Part shown: positions 11,995 to 33,472 of the stretch, piece by piece | How the letters are laid out: the number at the start of each line of letters is the position of its first letter | Numbering within the stretch: position 1 is the first letter of the stretch | Assembly: GCA_002269645.1 (NCBI GenBank) | Contig: NIVC01004272.1 | Span: 1 to 52,253 of the forward strand | DNA length: 52,253 nucleotides | Direction of reading: 5' to 3' | From: Macrostomum lignano | Taxonomy: Eukaryota | Notes under the pieces: model-generated | Told to the model about the DNA's origin: nothing | The model's input: only the letters and a program-made list of their open reading frames with translations | Databases searched by the model: none | Position numbers and translations under genes: made by a program

Positions 11995-12485
11995 GGTGGA
12001 TAAAGCTGGGGGCTGCGGATGAAGCTGAGGGCTGCGAATGAAGCTGAGGGCTGCGGATGAAGCTGAGGGCTGCGGATGAAGCTGAGGGGTGTTGATGAAG
12101 CTGAAGGCTGTGGATGAAGCTGAAGGCTGCGGATGAAGCTGAGGTGTGTTAATGAAGCTGAAGGCTGTGGATGAAGCTGACTGCTGTGGATGAAGCTTAG
12201 GGGTGTTGGTGAAGCTGAGGGGTGTTGGTGAAGCTGAAGGCTGTGGATGAAGCTGAGGGCTGTTGATGAAGCTGAGGGGTGTTGATGAAGCTGAAGGCTG
12301 TGGATGAAGCTGAAGGCCGTAGATGAAGCTGAGGGCTGTTGATGAAGCTGAGTGCTGTGGATGAAGCTGACTGCTGTGGATGAAGCTTAGGGGTGTTGGT
12401 GAAGCTGAGGGGTGTTGGTGAAGCTGAAGGCTGTGGATGAAGCTGAGGGCTGTTGATGAAGCTGAGGGCTGCGGATAAAGCTGGA
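11995..12485. repeat. ~19-bp minisatellite (TGAAGCTGAGGGCTGCGGA) immediately after the GPCR stop
   Basis: Tandem periodicity, ~25 copies. Confidence 0.93.
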
Positions 12486-12914
12486 GGCTCTCTCCCCACT
12501 CAATTGATACTAAAGTGACACTCTTTAAGTGTTTCGCACAGATTTCTTGTTGAAAGTCACAAAAAGACAAAGCAACTGCAACTGTTCTATTCGCATTAGA
12601 ATTATGTCGTGTACAATATTGTTGCACCCTGTGTTAGATTTTAGTAATAATTGTTATGCAGGTACTGACGCTTAGATCAATTGCACAATTATTTTATTCT
12701 TAACCCCATAATGTTTGATATTTTTTCTGATTATTTTGTAGACAAAGCTGCATGGGTTTCCCGCAGACCAGTAATAGCTATTGACAATTATGTATTTGCT
12801 ATTGATGCACAGATTGATGCTCGAATATGAACATGCGAGCTGATAGGGGCTAGGAACTTTTGGGGGTCCGCCATGCTTAAATAATAGCGCTTTGGTAACT
12901 TTAGAATCCACAAC

Positions 12915-13135
12915 AGAAAGAATAACAACAAACAGTAGGAACAAAAACAGCCAGAACAACAACAAAAACAAAAACAACAGTAACAACATCAAAAAGCAAC
13001 AAAAACAACTGCCGCAGCAACATCAACAACAACGATGTACAACACGACAACACAACAACAGCATTAACAACAACAACAACCAAAACACAAATAAAAGCAA
13101 AAATAATAAAAAAACAACAAACAACAAGCAGCAGT
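12915..13135. repeat. (CAA)n-rich low-complexity tract
   Basis: Degenerate CAA/AAC repeats. Confidence 0.8.
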
Positions 13136-14087
13136 GACAACTAAATTTTCGTCTTGAGATACGAGATTTATTTTACGACCCAATGTTTGCAAGACGATGA
13201 CCTTAATTTTTGATTGGCTGAGTTTAAGGTCAGACAAAATCGAGCTTGATGTCAAAACACCTGAAGCGCGCCCTACTACTAGCGAATGAGTAATCTGACC
13301 AACTATTTTGTATTTGCACGCGATTAAATTTTTCAATGATCAGTTCACTGACCTTCGACATAAATCTCTCATTATCATAGATGTGTTGCACACACAATTT
13401 TAACTCTGTTATTAATATTTTTGTTAATATTTATTAAATGCTTTTCTACTCCCGGCGACCAATAATGTTTATATTTTTGTAGTTTTTTTTATAATTTTTA
13501 CTCGCCGTTATTCGCTGTTGAAAATTAACCTTTGCACTCGTATTTTAAACAAAATCTATGCAATTATAACAAATGCAACTAAGCTTCTGAAGCATTATTT
13601 CGATCAAAAGCTTTTGAATAAACGATAAAAAAAGTTTCCGGAAGTTTCTAGTTGGACTTGCAGCGCATCGTTCGTTAAGTTTAAAAAATTCGACAATTTT
13701 GCTCCAGAAGTTTTCCGAGAATTTCTGTGAATTAAAAGTACAAATTTCGAGCCCAATGGACTTTGCAAGAACGAAGCACGAAGTCTTGAAGGAGATTTTC
13801 AATTTAGGACCAACAATTCGATCGACCTATTTTACTGCGGCAAGGGCGATCATTCTTTAAAACTGTGATTATGCTAGCTGTTATTATGTTATTTGAGACT
13901 TTTTGAGGAAGTGACATTTTCACATAGTTTAAATAGTGCATATTGACTATACTATACTCGAAGGAAGGGTTTTTCGAGGAAAATCTTCTCTCTGTATGTC
14001 AAAAATATAAATAAAAATTACAGTCAAAATGAGAAAAAACATTTTCGGCTAAATTGCAGAGGTCATATGTCGTAGACCTGAACAGGT

Positions 14088-15310
14088 CCCCCCCCGACAA
14101 CTTTTTTGCTGCGCCGGAACAGAGCAACGCAGGCACACGAAATTCGAGAACACGGGCCAACTTTTTGTTGCGCACCTTCTCAAACAAGAATCAAGTTGCC
14201 AGCTCTCCGGACCGTCCAGATATTCGACGATTCTGCCAGAAGGTCGGATTTTTCCATAAGCGCCAGTGTATTCAGTGCACCCCTGTGCGCCAGTCAGCAC
14301 AGCACCTCAGTGCGGCCTTGCCAAGCCTTCAAATTTCATCAGCACGCCGACCACATGTGTCTGCATCAGCTCTGACTTCGTTGGTCACTGGCCTTCACCC
14401 AGGCGGAGCTTCTGGACCTTCGACAGGTGGCACCAGGTGACTGTGGACAGCCTGATACGAATTTCTCTAGTTTCGCTAATCAAGCCTCGACTGCCGGACA
14501 TTCTCTGGTAGTCTCTCAAGCATTACATCATCACCCCGACGCCGTCGGCACCTTCAACAGGTAGTCCTAGGACTATGAACAGCCTGTTGTGAATTTCTGT
14601 GATGTCGCTGACCAAACATAAAAAATAGGCCAATTTTAACTCCTGGTCATTCCCAGCTAGACTCTCAAACAGTCTAGCATCACCCGACGTGATGAGGTAA
14701 ACATGATGGCGTAATTTGTTAATTGAACTGTAAATTAAATCGAATTTTCGCCAGGAGAAAAAATTACAAAAAGTATCGAATTTTCTGTGAGGACTGAATA
14801 TCAAGTAAAAGTTATCTAAATTGCTAAAAAATCATATTCTGGGTGTCCATAATCATGTTTTCGTCTGCTTGAAGGTGCCGACAGCGTCAGGGTGATGACG
14901 GAATGCTTGAGAGACCAGCTGAGGATGTCCAGCAGTCGAGGCTTGATCAGCGAAACTAGAGAAATTCGTATCAGGGTGTTCATAGTCACCTGGTGCCACC
15001 TGTTGAAGGTCCAGAAGCTCCGCCTGGGTGAAGGCAAGTGACAAACGAAGTCAGAGCTGATGCAGACATGTGATCGGCGTGCTGATGAAATTTGAAGGCT
15101 TGGCAAGGCTGCGCTGAGGCGCAGTGCTGATTAGCGGTTATGGAAAAAATCCAACCTTCTGGCAGAATCGTCGAATATCTGGACGGTCCGGAGGGCTGGC
15201 GACTTGATTCTTGTTTGAGAAGGTGCGCAGCAAAAAGTTGGCCCGTGTTCTCGAATTTCGTGTGCCTGCGTTGCTCTGTTCCGGCGCAGCAAAAAAATTG
15301 CCAGGGGGTG
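14088..15310. mobile_element. Long inverted-repeat structure, ~450-480 bp arms (14088-14570 + and ~14865-15310 -) with ~300-bp spacer; foldback/MITE-like non-autonomous element or two opposed copies of a dispersed repeat
   Basis: The reverse complement of 14865-15310 aligns with 14088-14570. The track shows the same peptide, LRRNRATQAHEIREHGPTFCCAPSQTRIK, from + 14106 and - 15358. No transposase and no clear TSD. Confidence 0.65.
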
Positions 15311-17077
15311 GGGAATTCTCCCCATTGCCATTTGATAGTTCGTACTGTTAAGCCACACGCAATGCTTTGAGAAAGTTTAATTTGCTACTTCGACAACAGA
15401 AACGAGGGTATCGAACGAGGTATCGAGTGGCAGATATTCGGTCACGCCATCGCCCTCTTTCCATCAAAATCTCTACCGAATGTAGCAATATATCGGCTCT
15501 CTACAACTCGGAACACGGAAAAGCTGATGAGGCGTTTGTGTGATCAAACCGTCTTTCTTTGAAAGTTTACAACTAGCTTATACTTGCAATTGAAACATTT
15601 TTTCTGCTTGGCCATGGGTGCAGAAACGAAAATTAGATACATACACATGTAGCAGATTGATAATCAATTAAAGATAGGATCTAAAAAACACTCTAAAATG
15701 TCATACTAATTCTGAATAACCTTTAATTTTTATAAGATCGAAATTTCACATTGTCAAAATTTAAAAATCAGGCGCGTTTAGGAGTTTGAAACTATTTTTT
15801 TGAAATTCGAGTTTATAGATTTTCGAGACTGTGAAAATAAGTAGCGAGACTTAAAAATTTCGTAAACTTTCGTTGTGATGAAATTTTGAGGCTGTTAAAT
15901 ATTCTGCTCCATCGAAAATGCGAAACTTTGCGTTTATAAAACGCACCTAAAGCAAACAATGATGAGCATTTCGGGCAGATTCGAAACCAGTATAATTTGT
16001 ACGTATCGTGACCATAAATTATGTCTATTTACATTTTAATAGTTCATCATTCTTTTTAATCAATTGAGCCAACAAGAATCCCTATTTTTTCAGAACATCG
16101 CCGAAATCTTCTTTGCTGCAAATTAGTCGATAGCAAAAATGTTTAAATGCAGCGAAGTTTTTCCCGTAAATTCATATTTTCTCTCCTGTAGTGCGCGAGT
16201 CCCTATAAATTGGGATCCCGAACGAACGTAGCGCATTTAATTCATTTAACTAAAGCGCGTCGTGTGATTATATTTACAGTTAGAATCAGTGAAACAGGAA
16301 TTTCTTTATTGCTACTCAAATAGATCAAAGATTTTCTCCAGTAAGTAAAGCTTTACTAATCGTTTTGGGTTTTCCGTTTCCAACGAATTATAATATTGTC
16401 AGAAATTTTTAAAAAATTTTTAAAGTAATTTTAGAATGTAACCCTCCGTATACTTGATCGGATAGTTTTTCAGATAAAAACATATTTGCAAATTGTCAAT
16501 ATTGCCAAAATACTAATATTTGGGCAACCATAAAACAGACCAGAAAGCAGTGTAATTTAGATATGCATATTATTCATTAATTTAAATTCTTTAAAATTAA
16601 AAATTTCAAGTTCAAGTTTATGTTGTTAATTGAAATTGATTTTTTAAAATGATACAATTCGTATTTTACTTCACACATATTTTTCTTTGGTTGATGCTGT
16701 ATTTCTGAAAAACTGGCAAGTAAAACAAAGTCAGAGTTTTATTTAATTGCAGATAAAGTGCTAGATTTTATTTGATTAGAAAAGTTAAAAGTTAAAAAAA
16801 GTTTTTTAAATCAATTCCCACTCATCAGTTTTGTTCATGCTATTCTTTATGACTTTATGAGCTAAAAATTTAAATTTGAAAACCTTGCAAAATCTCGCAA
16901 AGATTGTTGTAGTTTATAGTTGACTAACTGGAAGGAAAAAATATATCTGTCAGAGGCACTTTTTAGCAGAATAACTCTATCGCATCTGCCTCCTATCCCG
17001 CCTTAATTGCCAGCAAAATCCTAGTCTCCCCAGCCCAGCAGCAAAGGCCGCTCCAGTTGGTTGCAGCCGAGCGCCAG

Positions 17078-17595
17078 ATGCAGAAATTTGGTGGCGGCTT
17101 CAACAGCAACAGCAACAGCAGCAGGAGCCGGCAACAGCAGCAGCCTCACCAGCAGCAGCGCTACTTGTACCAGCTGCTGCTCGACTCCAACCCTCTGTCG
17201 GGAACTCCGCAGCCACCGCAGCCGTCATTCGATTCCGCAGCCTCGTCAGTGTCCTCGTCGAGAACCTCGGACTCCGGGCTCGACATCGGCGGTGCTGGCC
17301 TGTTCAAGAGCGGGTCGAGCGGCGGCGGCGGCGGCGGGGCCGGTAGCGGCCAGACACCCGGCCTGAGGCGAATGCAGTTCCCCAGGCCCGTGCAGATTCA
17401 TCACGTGATGCCGGAGCCGTCTGGCAGTGCCACGGCGCCTAGCAGGCCCCGGAATCTGCAGCAGGAGCAGCATCAGGAGCAGCAGCAGGTGGTGTACTCT
17501 ACTGCAGTTGGAGACGTCGATAGCGGCTCTGGCCCGCCGCCGCCGCCGCCGCCATCGTACAACAGTAATCACGCAGTGCTGCCTCATTCTGCTCA

Positions 17596-17628
<33 letters not shown>

Positions 17629-19554
17629 AAACCAGCAGCAGCAGCAGCAGCCAGCTCAAACTGGACAGATTCCTGTAGCTCGAGTGTTCGGTGAGAGAGA
17701 GAGATTTCGGGTTGCTAACGTTCGGCGGCAAGTCGGAGTTAGATAGATGCGGGAATCTTGAGGGTTTTAGTTGGACTAGCAGGTGTATATTGCATTAGTT
17801 AAGTGTGCGCCAAACTAACTACTCCCCCCAGGAGCCTGCGGCAAGTGCGGCAAAGAGGTGTCCAGCCCAACCGACGCCTGTCAGGCAATGGGCAGCATCT
17901 ACCATTCGGCCTGCTTCGTCTGCTCCTGCTGCGGTCGGGAGCTTACAGGTAAAAGCGGCCGCTTTCAGATCCACAGCGAAGCCAAATCTGTCCTTTTTTT
18001 CCCAAAACTGGAATGCATACCAATTGACCCGAACTGCGCTCGACTCCCTTCTGACTCTCCCAAGGTGCGGCCCGAGACTGCGCCAGAGGCATCTCCCACT
18101 TCGTGCCCTCTCCGGACGGCATCCCGTTCGTGTTTACCTGCTTCAGATCCGCTACCCTCGCTCCATGCCCTTCACTCTCCCTCGCTCTCCTCTTCCATGC
18201 CTTTTGTAAGTGCCAGCGCTTCCCTCTTCCTCCCTCATCTAGCCCCCTCCCTACCAAAGCCCTTCCAAAGCGACCGAAGAGTGACCTTCTGCGATGCCGC
18301 TGCAGACAAGAAAGTGAAATTCCTGTGCGCCTACCAGCCTGGCTGAACTTGGGTTTTGCTAAACAGAAGACTAGGAATCTCTCTACCCATCTGGCTGTCT
18401 GCTTAGTTTGTGTCTGTCCGTCTGTTGTTATTGTAACGACTCAGCGGTAGGCTGGGTGCCAGAAACTGTCTTTCTGTCTCGGTATTTGACTGTCTTGGTG
18501 TTTGTCTGTCTTTGCGCTAGTCTTTCTTGGTGTTTGCCTGTCTTTGTGTTTGACTGTCTTTGTGTTTGCCTGTCTTTGTGTTTGCCTGTCTTTGTGTTTG
18601 CCTGTCTTTGTGTTTGCCTGTCTTTGTGTTTGCCTGTCTTTGTGTTTGCCTGTCTTTGTGTTTGCCTGTCTTTGTGTTTGCCTGTCTTTGTGTTTGCCTG
18701 TCTTTGTGTTTGACTGTCTTTGTGTTTGACTGTCTTTGTGTTTGACTGTCTTTGTGTTTGACTGTCCTGGTGTTTGCCTGTCTTGGTTCTGACAGTCCAA
18801 GTTTCTATCTCAGTGTCAGTCTGCCTGTAGCGTACACAGATCGTGTTCAGCGCGATCTCCTGGCCACTCCAGGTCAAACTTTCTACGCTGTCCCGTCGCC
18901 AACGGAGGGCGCCCCACCGACAATCTACTGCGCGCAAGATTTCTTGTACACCGGCTTCCAGCAGGCAGCGGAGAAGTGCTCAGCCTGCGGCCACATGATC
19001 ACCGACCACATCCTGCAGGCGCTGGGCCGGCCCTTCCACCCAGCCTGTTTCCGCTGCTCCGTCTGCCAGGCCTGTCTGGACGGCCGTCCGTTCACCGTGG
19101 ACTCGGTCGGCTCTGTCTTCTGCGTGCCCGACTATCACCGGGTGTACGCGCCCCGCTGCGGCCTCTGCCGGCTGCCCATCACGCCGGAAACCGAGGACGC
19201 CCAGGAAGTTCTGCGGGTTGTCAGCATGGGGAAAGATTTTCACCCATCGTGCTACCGGTGCCAGGTTGGGCTTGTTGTCTTTGTTTTATTCTCGTGCCTC
19301 TTACTGAGCTCTCGTACGAGCAACTTCGATGCGACCTTTCACCTTAGCCTACCGGTGCTTTTCTCTCCTCTAAATAGTCTTTGTTCCTTCGTCCTAAGCA
19401 GGTCCTTGTTCTACCGCCCCCTTACTCCCAGGACTGCGGCCTGCAGCTGACCAACGACAGCCATCGCCGCTGCTACCCGATGCTGGCGAGAGGCCGTTCC
19501 GACCAAATCTCTCTGCTCTGCTACGGCTGCCGGATTAACAGGGAGAACCGCTGA
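17078..19554 (+). CDS. Ajuba/LIMD1/WTIP-family three-LIM-domain protein, ~414 aa; join(17078..17690,17832..17948,18873..19264,19432..19554)
   Basis: Low-complexity Q/G/P/S N-terminus, then FGACGKC..ACQAMGSIYHSACFVC, GFQQAAEKCSACGH..ILQALGRPFHPACFRC, FTVD..FCVPDYH..YAPRC, RVVSMGKDFHPSCYRCQDCGLQL..RRCYP. All three introns are GT-AG and in phase (total 1245 nt). Confidence 0.92.
18490..18780. repeat. 16-bp T-rich repeat (TGTCTTTGTGTTTGCC) in LIM gene intron 2
   Basis: Tandem periodicity. Confidence 0.9.
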
Positions 19555-19690
19555 TATTGATAAACTGAATTCGCTCCCGTCTCTCTGATGTCTCCTGAAC
19601 TCGATGCGTTTCCACCCCTGACTTGACGTTTAGATCCAAGCTCATTCTCTGATGTCATTTTGTATATTCCCTCCACCTGCTTCAAGGCAT

Positions 19691-20049
<359 letters not shown>

Positions 20050-21050
20050 TTATATCAATAAGAAATATCAATTAATAAAAATGCAGTTGCGCTGTCATGT
20101 AGATTTTTTAGCATCTTACCATTCAGTATTGTCAATGTATTTAACCAATGCGATAATTGCATGACACCTACAATGGAACTAATTCACGCGCTGTAAGACA
20201 TGTACATTTTCTAAGAGATCTTCCTCTAACAGTTTCATGTCTTGATGTATAATAAATTTGTGTCCTGAATACGAATTTTTAAAATGCACATTTTTAGACT
20301 TTTGAACAGAATCAACTTGCACAAATCTATTTGGACAGAGAGCATTGTTAAACGAGTTCATTTGAATAGCGCTACTGGCCCCCAATGACCCCGTTGTCCA
20401 TCGCTGTCTCTTTTGCCGGATAGCTTGCGCGCATTCGTTCTAGAGAGCAAAAACTCTGTAGCAGCGTCGTGACTCATGCAGGTAATTCCTGGCGCTGTTG
20501 CAGCGTCGCTGTGACCGCCTATGAAATCGGCATTCCAGCCATTCCTTCGGTCTCCCCTCCGCTCCCTCTCTCCCTGTTCTGCCCCCCCCCCCGTCCCTCA
20601 GGTCTTCCTCTTTCAGTAGCCTTTTTTTGGTCTGGAATTTCTGCTTCTGCGCGCCTCCGATCCTCGGGTTTCTGGCGCCTGGGCCGTCAGTAAAAGAAAC
20701 TACGGTTGAACAAAACTCGGCAAAACTAAGGCCGTTTAAATAGCTCGTGGAGTTGCGGATTGCTACTCGCATTAGTAGGAAGTAATGCACATAGCTGCCA
20801 CAATATTCTCCATAAATACTCTCTCGTAAGCTCCTAGAGTGGGAATTGCTGAGATGCTGCGGCTCATGAGAAAGGGGCTGCTCAGATGCCAAGGGTTAGG
20901 GTTAGGGTTAAGCCATGGCTTAAAAGGAGGCTTTGATGCCAAAGCTCATTAGGGTATCAGATATCTTAGGCTAGACAGCTTGCGCTCAGGGCGGATGCTT
21001 TTTTGCTTTAAATATCATTTTCCTTGGGATACGCTCGTACTAATTAGTTA

Positions 21051-21343
21051 AATAATAATAATAATCATGATAATAATTGATTGCAACTGCCTAAAGGTCA
21101 GTTGTGCAACCGACAGCTCAGCCGCAGCTATTGCGCTGTTTCAGTCCAAGGACTGGGGGGTCGCCACACACACCCTCAATTACCCCAACTAATGCTGGCA
21201 CCCATTTTACAGCTGGGTGAACTGAAGCAATGCAGAGTTGAGTGTCTTGCTCATGGACACAAACTGTTCTGAGTGGGTCGGGAATCGAACCCTCGACCTT
21301 CAAGTCATGAGTCCGACGCTCTGACCACTAGACAACAGCCCCC
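21051..21343 (-). mobile_element. tRNA-derived SINE with MIR/CORE-like central domain and (TTA)n tail
   Basis: The minus strand reads GGGGCTGTTGTCTAGTGGTC (A box), GGTTCGATTCC (B box, 21281-21291), TGTGTCCATGAGCAAGACACTCAAC..CAGCTGTAAAATGGG (21201-21261, CORE-like from memory), then an ATT-repeat tail at ~21051-21080. The acceptor stem does not pair, so it is not a functional tRNA. Confidence 0.8.
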
Positions 21344-22098
21344 TAGGATATTGTTAGGATACCAACAATAGCGAGTGTACAAATTAGTCAAAAGCTACAT
21401 GTAGTTTATTCAAAAAATTATTCCATTCTTTAATGCCTCCCCAAATGTTAGTTATACTAAGAAAAAAATATCACATTGTAAGCCATTTTAGCAACTCAAA
21501 CGCACTGTCCAATGCTGAAATTGTGAGTTCCGAAACACTTCAGTTGCAGGGTCTCTGACCGGCTTCGGTAGTTGAACAAAAATAGACTTGCATAGCAACG
21601 AGAGACAAGAAAATCGTTGCTTTATTTTCGCTACCGGAACAGGCCTAATGGTTACTTAGCTCAACTTTGCTCCCAAGGATTAGACAGATGCTTTAGCCGT
21701 GCACCAGGCGGCTTATCGACTTGGCTCCGAGGAATATGCCAGGCCTCGAAGTGGCAGCTCAGAGCGATGCTGCAGAAACGAAAGTAGGATTAAAACTCCA
21801 AAGCGTCTCATCTGAGCTGCGGGGCTGGCCCAGGGGGATCTAAAACATCAGGATCTGGTGGCAGCTGCGGGATCACCTAAGTTTAGCTGTAGTTATTGCT
21901 TTAGTTCAAATTCACCCCATTGGCTCCGAGCTGAAGAGAGGCTGAGCATTCTGTGAGCACCCCCGCGAAGTATCTCTCACCTGGGCTTGAGCATGGGCGA
22001 AGAGCTCTATAAATCTCGGGAACTGCAATATGAATTTGGTTGCTAGGAGGAGCAGCAAGTCTCACTGAGTGAAACTGCAGGCCTGATCAGCTCTCAAC

Positions 22099-31430
<9,332 letters not shown>

Positions 31431-31494
31431 ACTGACGGGGACTTCTGAGACTGCTGGGAGAGACCCGATTCAGGGATCTCTGAAACTCAATGCT

Positions 31495-32905
31495 TGGGGA
31501 TCTCAGACACAAATAGGGGATCTCAGACACAAGTAGGGGATCTCAGACACAAGTAGGGGATCTCAGACACTGTAGGGGATCTCAGACACGAGTAGGGGAT
31601 CTCAGATACAAGTAAGGGGTCTCAGACACGAGTAGAGGATCTCAGACACAGTAGGGGATCTCAGACATAAGTTGGGGATCTCAGACACAAGTAGGGGATC
31701 TCAGACACAAGTAGGGGATATCAGACACGAGTAGGGGATCTCAGATATGAGTAGGGGATCTCAGACACAGTAGGGGATCTCAGACACAGTAGGGGATCTC
31801 AGACACAGTAGGGGATCTCAGACACGAGTAGGGGATCTCAGACACAGTAGGGGATCTCAAGCACAAGTAGGGGGTCTCAAGCACAAGTAGGGGATCTCAG
31901 ATACAAGTAGGGGATCTCAGACACAGTAGGGGATCTTAGACACAAGTAGTGGATCTCAGACACAGTAGGGGATCTCAGACACAAGTAGGGGATCTCAGAC
32001 ACTGTAGAGGATCTCAGACACAGTAGGGGATCTCAGACACAAGTAGGGGATCTCAGACACTGTAGGGGATCTCAGACACTGTAGGGGATCTCAGACACAG
32101 TAGGGGATCTCAGACACTGTAGGGGATCTCAGACACAGTAGGGGATCTCAGACATAAGTAGGGGATCTCAGACACAAGTAGGGGATCTCAGACACGAGTA
32201 GGGGATCTCAGACACAGTAGGGGATCTCAGACACAAGTAGGGGATCTCAGACACAGTAGGGGATCTCAGACACAGTAGGGGATCTCAGACACAAGTAGGG
32301 GATCTCAGACACAAGTAGGGGATCTCAGACACAGTAGGGGATCTCAGACACAGTAGGGGATCTCAGACACAAGTAGTGGATCTCAGACACAGTAGGGGAT
32401 CTCAGACACAGTAGGGGATCTCAGACACAAGTAGGGGTCTCAGACACGAGTAGGGGATCTCAGACACAAGTAGGGGTCTCAGACACAAGTAGGGGATCTT
32501 AGACACAAGTAGTGGATCTCAGACACAGTAGGGGATCTCAGACACAAGTAGGGGATCTCAGACACAAGTAGGGGATCTCAGACACAGTAGGGGATCTCAG
32601 ACACTGTAGGGGATCTCAGACACAGTAGGGGATCTCAGACATAAGTAGGGGATCTCAGACACAAGTAGGGGATCTCAGACACGAGTAGGGGATCTCAGAC
32701 ACAGTAGGGGATCTCAGACACAAGTAGGGGATCTCAGACACAGTAGGGGATCTCAGACACAGTATGGGATCTCAGATACAAGTAGGGGTCTCAGACACGA
32801 GTAGGGGATCTCAGACACAAGTAGGGGATCTCAGACACAGTAGGGGATCTCAGATACGAGTAGGGGATCTCAGACACAGTAGGGGATCTCAGATACGAGT
32901 AGTCG
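31495..32905. repeat. 20-21 bp minisatellite (GGGATCTCAGACACAAGTAG), ~68 copies, after the VGAT stop
   Basis: Tandem periodicity. Confidence 0.95.
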
Positions 32906-33472
32906 ATCAGTTTGAGACTCCTTGAACAGCTCTGCAATCCCAAGATTGTTGGCAAGTCTCCGATTCTGTTAGCAGGAAACTAATTATGCTTGTATTCCAA
33001 TTGAAATTCGTTACCGACTAGGGTGAAAGGTGAAGCAGGTGATATTTTTACCATGCGATTAACACTCTGGTCAACCCGCCCGTGAACTTTTCTTTGAAAT
33101 TCAAACTCCGACATCGAATGCAACAGTATTTGCTAGACTCCCTTCGAGCTGCATAACTTGGCTCGCACATTGTTTTCAAAGTACAACTGCCCACATTTTC
33201 ACCACCTTTTTAGTAACTGTTGTAATATTGCTATTATAAATTTCTTACTCTGCTAGACTTGTCAATACCCGGAAAAATTGCAAGCGTCATTTAAATACCG
33301 CTTTAGGAGATTTTATTTGTTAAAAACGATAATTATAAATCTTCTTATATATATGTACGTACTATTTATTGCATTAAATACATACACTTGCTTGAGAACA
33401 GCATGACATCACTATTGAAGAATTATTTTTAATTGACATTTTTGTACATGGTAGATAAACAGTTGGGTAATT

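Noticed and set aside
17949-18346. Read-through ORF in LIM intron 2 as an alternative C-terminus
   Set aside because: Low-complexity S/P/L text from a pyrimidine-rich intron that would truncate LIM1; no support without transcripts.
20440-20892. 150-aa minus-strand ORF upstream of the SINE
   Set aside because: No identifiable domain and no splice partners found.
21270-21343. tRNA-Met gene (CAT anticodon) on the minus strand
   Set aside because: Acceptor and anticodon stems pair poorly, and it runs into a SINE body and tail.
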